NCBI GenBank assembly: GCA_030649305.1 | Contig: JAUSFV010000005.1 | Location: 1-54,153 of the forward strand | Source: a bacterium | GTDB taxonomy: Bacteria; Patescibacteriota; Minisyncoccia; Sungbacterales; GWA2-42-14 | DNA length: 54,153 nucleotides | Reading direction: 5' to 3' | Shown here: one piece after another, positions 52,894 through 54,153 of the stretch | How the letters are laid out: each line of letters starts with the position of its first letter | Numbering within the stretch: the first letter of the stretch is position 1 | Program-made: the position numbers and the translations under genes | The notes under the pieces: model-generated | The model's database searches: none | Told to the model about the DNA's origin: nothing | Seen by the model: the letters and a program-made list of their open reading frames with translations, nothing else

Positions 52894-53025
52894 ACCCCGT
52901 TAGAAGTCCTCGGCAGAAAAATTAATCGGAAATTTTTCTGCTCGACAATACTGGGGGATAATCAATAATATAAAGTCTGTCTCAAAGTAGTTTGAACACT
53001 ATATAAGACAGACTTCTAACGGGGT
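52894..53025. mobile_element. 132-bp MITE-like element with 15-bp perfect terminal inverted repeats
   Basis: accccgttagaagtc ... gacttctaacggggt; internal hairpin gcagaaaaatt/aatttttctgc. Confidence 0.7.
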
Positions 53026-54022
53026 GAAAAAAATTCTATTGATAGCGTTTATTATCGGTGTTGGGGTAGCATTCTATCTTGGCCGTGCCCTACCGCTCCC
53101 CGAAGCCGTTACGTACGGCGTTACGTTTTCATATTTGTACGCCGAAAAAACTCTTGGGCTTGACTGGAAGAAAGTATACGTCGCGATGCTGGATGATCTG
53201 AAAATCCGCAAGCTCCGCATTCCCGCGTATTGGTCCGAAATTGAAAAAGAGGAGGGCAAATATGATTTTGCAAATTTAGATTGGCAAATTCGCGAAGCGG
53301 AAAAGAGGGGAGCGAGTATCATTCTGGTAATCGGACGCAAGGTACCGCGCTGGCCTGAGTGTCATGAGCCGGCGTGGGTTTTGGAGCGCCCTCGCGGAGA
53401 GCAGGACCAAAAACTTTTTCAATATATCAGAACGATAATGGGGCGATATAAAGATAACCCCGATGTTTCCATGTGGCAGGTAGAGAATGAACCGTATTTG
53501 CCCTTTGGCGAATGTCCGCTTTTTTTGCCGGGGGTGTTTGAGAAAGAAATTGCGCTTGTAAAAAGTCTTGATTCGCGTCCCGTTCTACTTACCGATTCGG
53601 GCGAGCTTTCAATTTGGGCGCAAACGTATAGGCGGGCGGATGTCTTCGGTACAACCATGTATCGCACGATTTGGAATACGTGGACGGGGACGTTTACGTA
53701 TCCTCTGCCGCCGGGATATTTTCGGATGAAACGGCGCATCATGGAAAAATTATACGGCATAAAACCAATGATAGTCGTGGAATTGCAGGCAGAACCCTGG
53801 GCGCCAACCATGCCGCAGGAAACCACGCTTGAGGAACAGTACAAGTCAATGGATGTGAATCGTTTTCGCAAAAATGTTTCCTACGCGCGCAACACCGCCT
53901 TTGATACGTTTTATTTTTGGGGGGTTGAATGGTGGTATTGGCTGGGGGAAAAGCACGGCAATTGGGAAATATGGAATGAAGCAAAAGAATTATTCAAGAA
54001 AAACACGAGTCCCGTTTTCTAA
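53024..54022 (+). CDS. Membrane-anchored clan GH-A glycoside hydrolase-like protein
   Basis: N-terminal TM; KLRIPAYW, G.KVPRWPECH.P, WQVENEP (acid/base), ELQAEPW (nucleophile), WGVEWW. Confidence 0.85.
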   Translation: MKKILLIAFIIGVGVAFYLGRALPLPEAVTYGVTFSYLYAEKTLGLDWKKVYVAMLDDLKIRKLRIPAYWSEIEKEEGKYDFANLDWQIREAEKRGASIILVIGRKVPRWPECHEPAWVLERPRGEQDQKLFQYIRTIMGRYKDNPDVSMWQVENEPYLPFGECPLFLPGVFEKEIALVKSLDSRPVLLTDSGELSIWAQTYRRADVFGTTMYRTIWNTWTGTFTYPLPPGYFRMKRRIMEKLYGIKPMIVVELQAEPWAPTMPQETTLEEQYKSMDVNRFRKNVSYARNTAFDTFYFWGVEWWYWLGEKHGNWEIWNEAKELFKKNTSPVF

Positions 54023-54151
54023 TCAATAGCTTGGAATCACTTGGGCGGGAGTTTTAAGATTCAAGCCAAAGTGAAACCGTTGATTGTTGTAGTAATGAAG
54101 ATAACGCGGAAGCTTTCGATTAATCGCCCGCACATCTCGCGGCAGCTCGTT
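54023..54151 (-). mobile_element. C-terminus of an integrase-core (IS481/IS3-like) transposase, running off the window end
   Basis: Translated by hand: NELPRDVRAINRKLPRYLHYYNNQRFHFGLNLKTPAQVIPSY*; the YYN..R.H.GL...TP motif is the rve C-terminal signature. Confidence 0.75.
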
Positions 54152-54153
54152 TA

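Noticed and set aside
1-54153. CRISPR array, prophage, restriction-modification or retron system
   Set aside because: No regularly spaced repeat-spacer array, and no cas, phage structural, methyltransferase or reverse transcriptase motifs in any ORF.

Overview
The window looks like chromosomal DNA from a Candidate Phyla Radiation (Patescibacteria, most likely Parcubacteria) genome using genetic code 11. This is inferred from the 23S sequence, the mostly SD-less housekeeping genes, the split transketolase and typical CPR surface-protein architectures. It opens with the 3' end of 23S rRNA, an orphan ORF and 5S rRNA. Next come rodA, a pentose-phosphate cluster (rpiB, rpe, split transketolase interrupted by orphan genes), two anchored secreted hydrolases (M11-like metzincin and GH5-like), a 1.4 kaa surface protein, a pfkB-hicB-hicA-fba-dehydrogenase operon and a 2.5 kaa surface protein. 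The rest holds rplI, pyrG, rpmA, recR, dnaB, cysS, corA, tRNA-Glu(CTC), murE, raiA, speD/speE, secA, maf, an exonuclease, a Cys-rich Kazal/LamG secreted protein, an EamA transporter, a glycoside hydrolase and the tail of an IS transposase. The most striking unexplained layer is a dense set of short palindromic or inverted-repeat elements. Some are inserted in frame in core enzymes (RpiB, Fba, MurE), one inside another, and some are stop-free in all six frames. Others fill intergenic spacers flush against start codons. Other notable signals are decayed duplicates of gene 5' ends (secA, tRNA-Glu) marking insertion sites, recent module shuffling between the two giant surface proteins, and a shared extended signal peptide on the two hydrolases. 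All calls come from reading the sequence; no searches were run.
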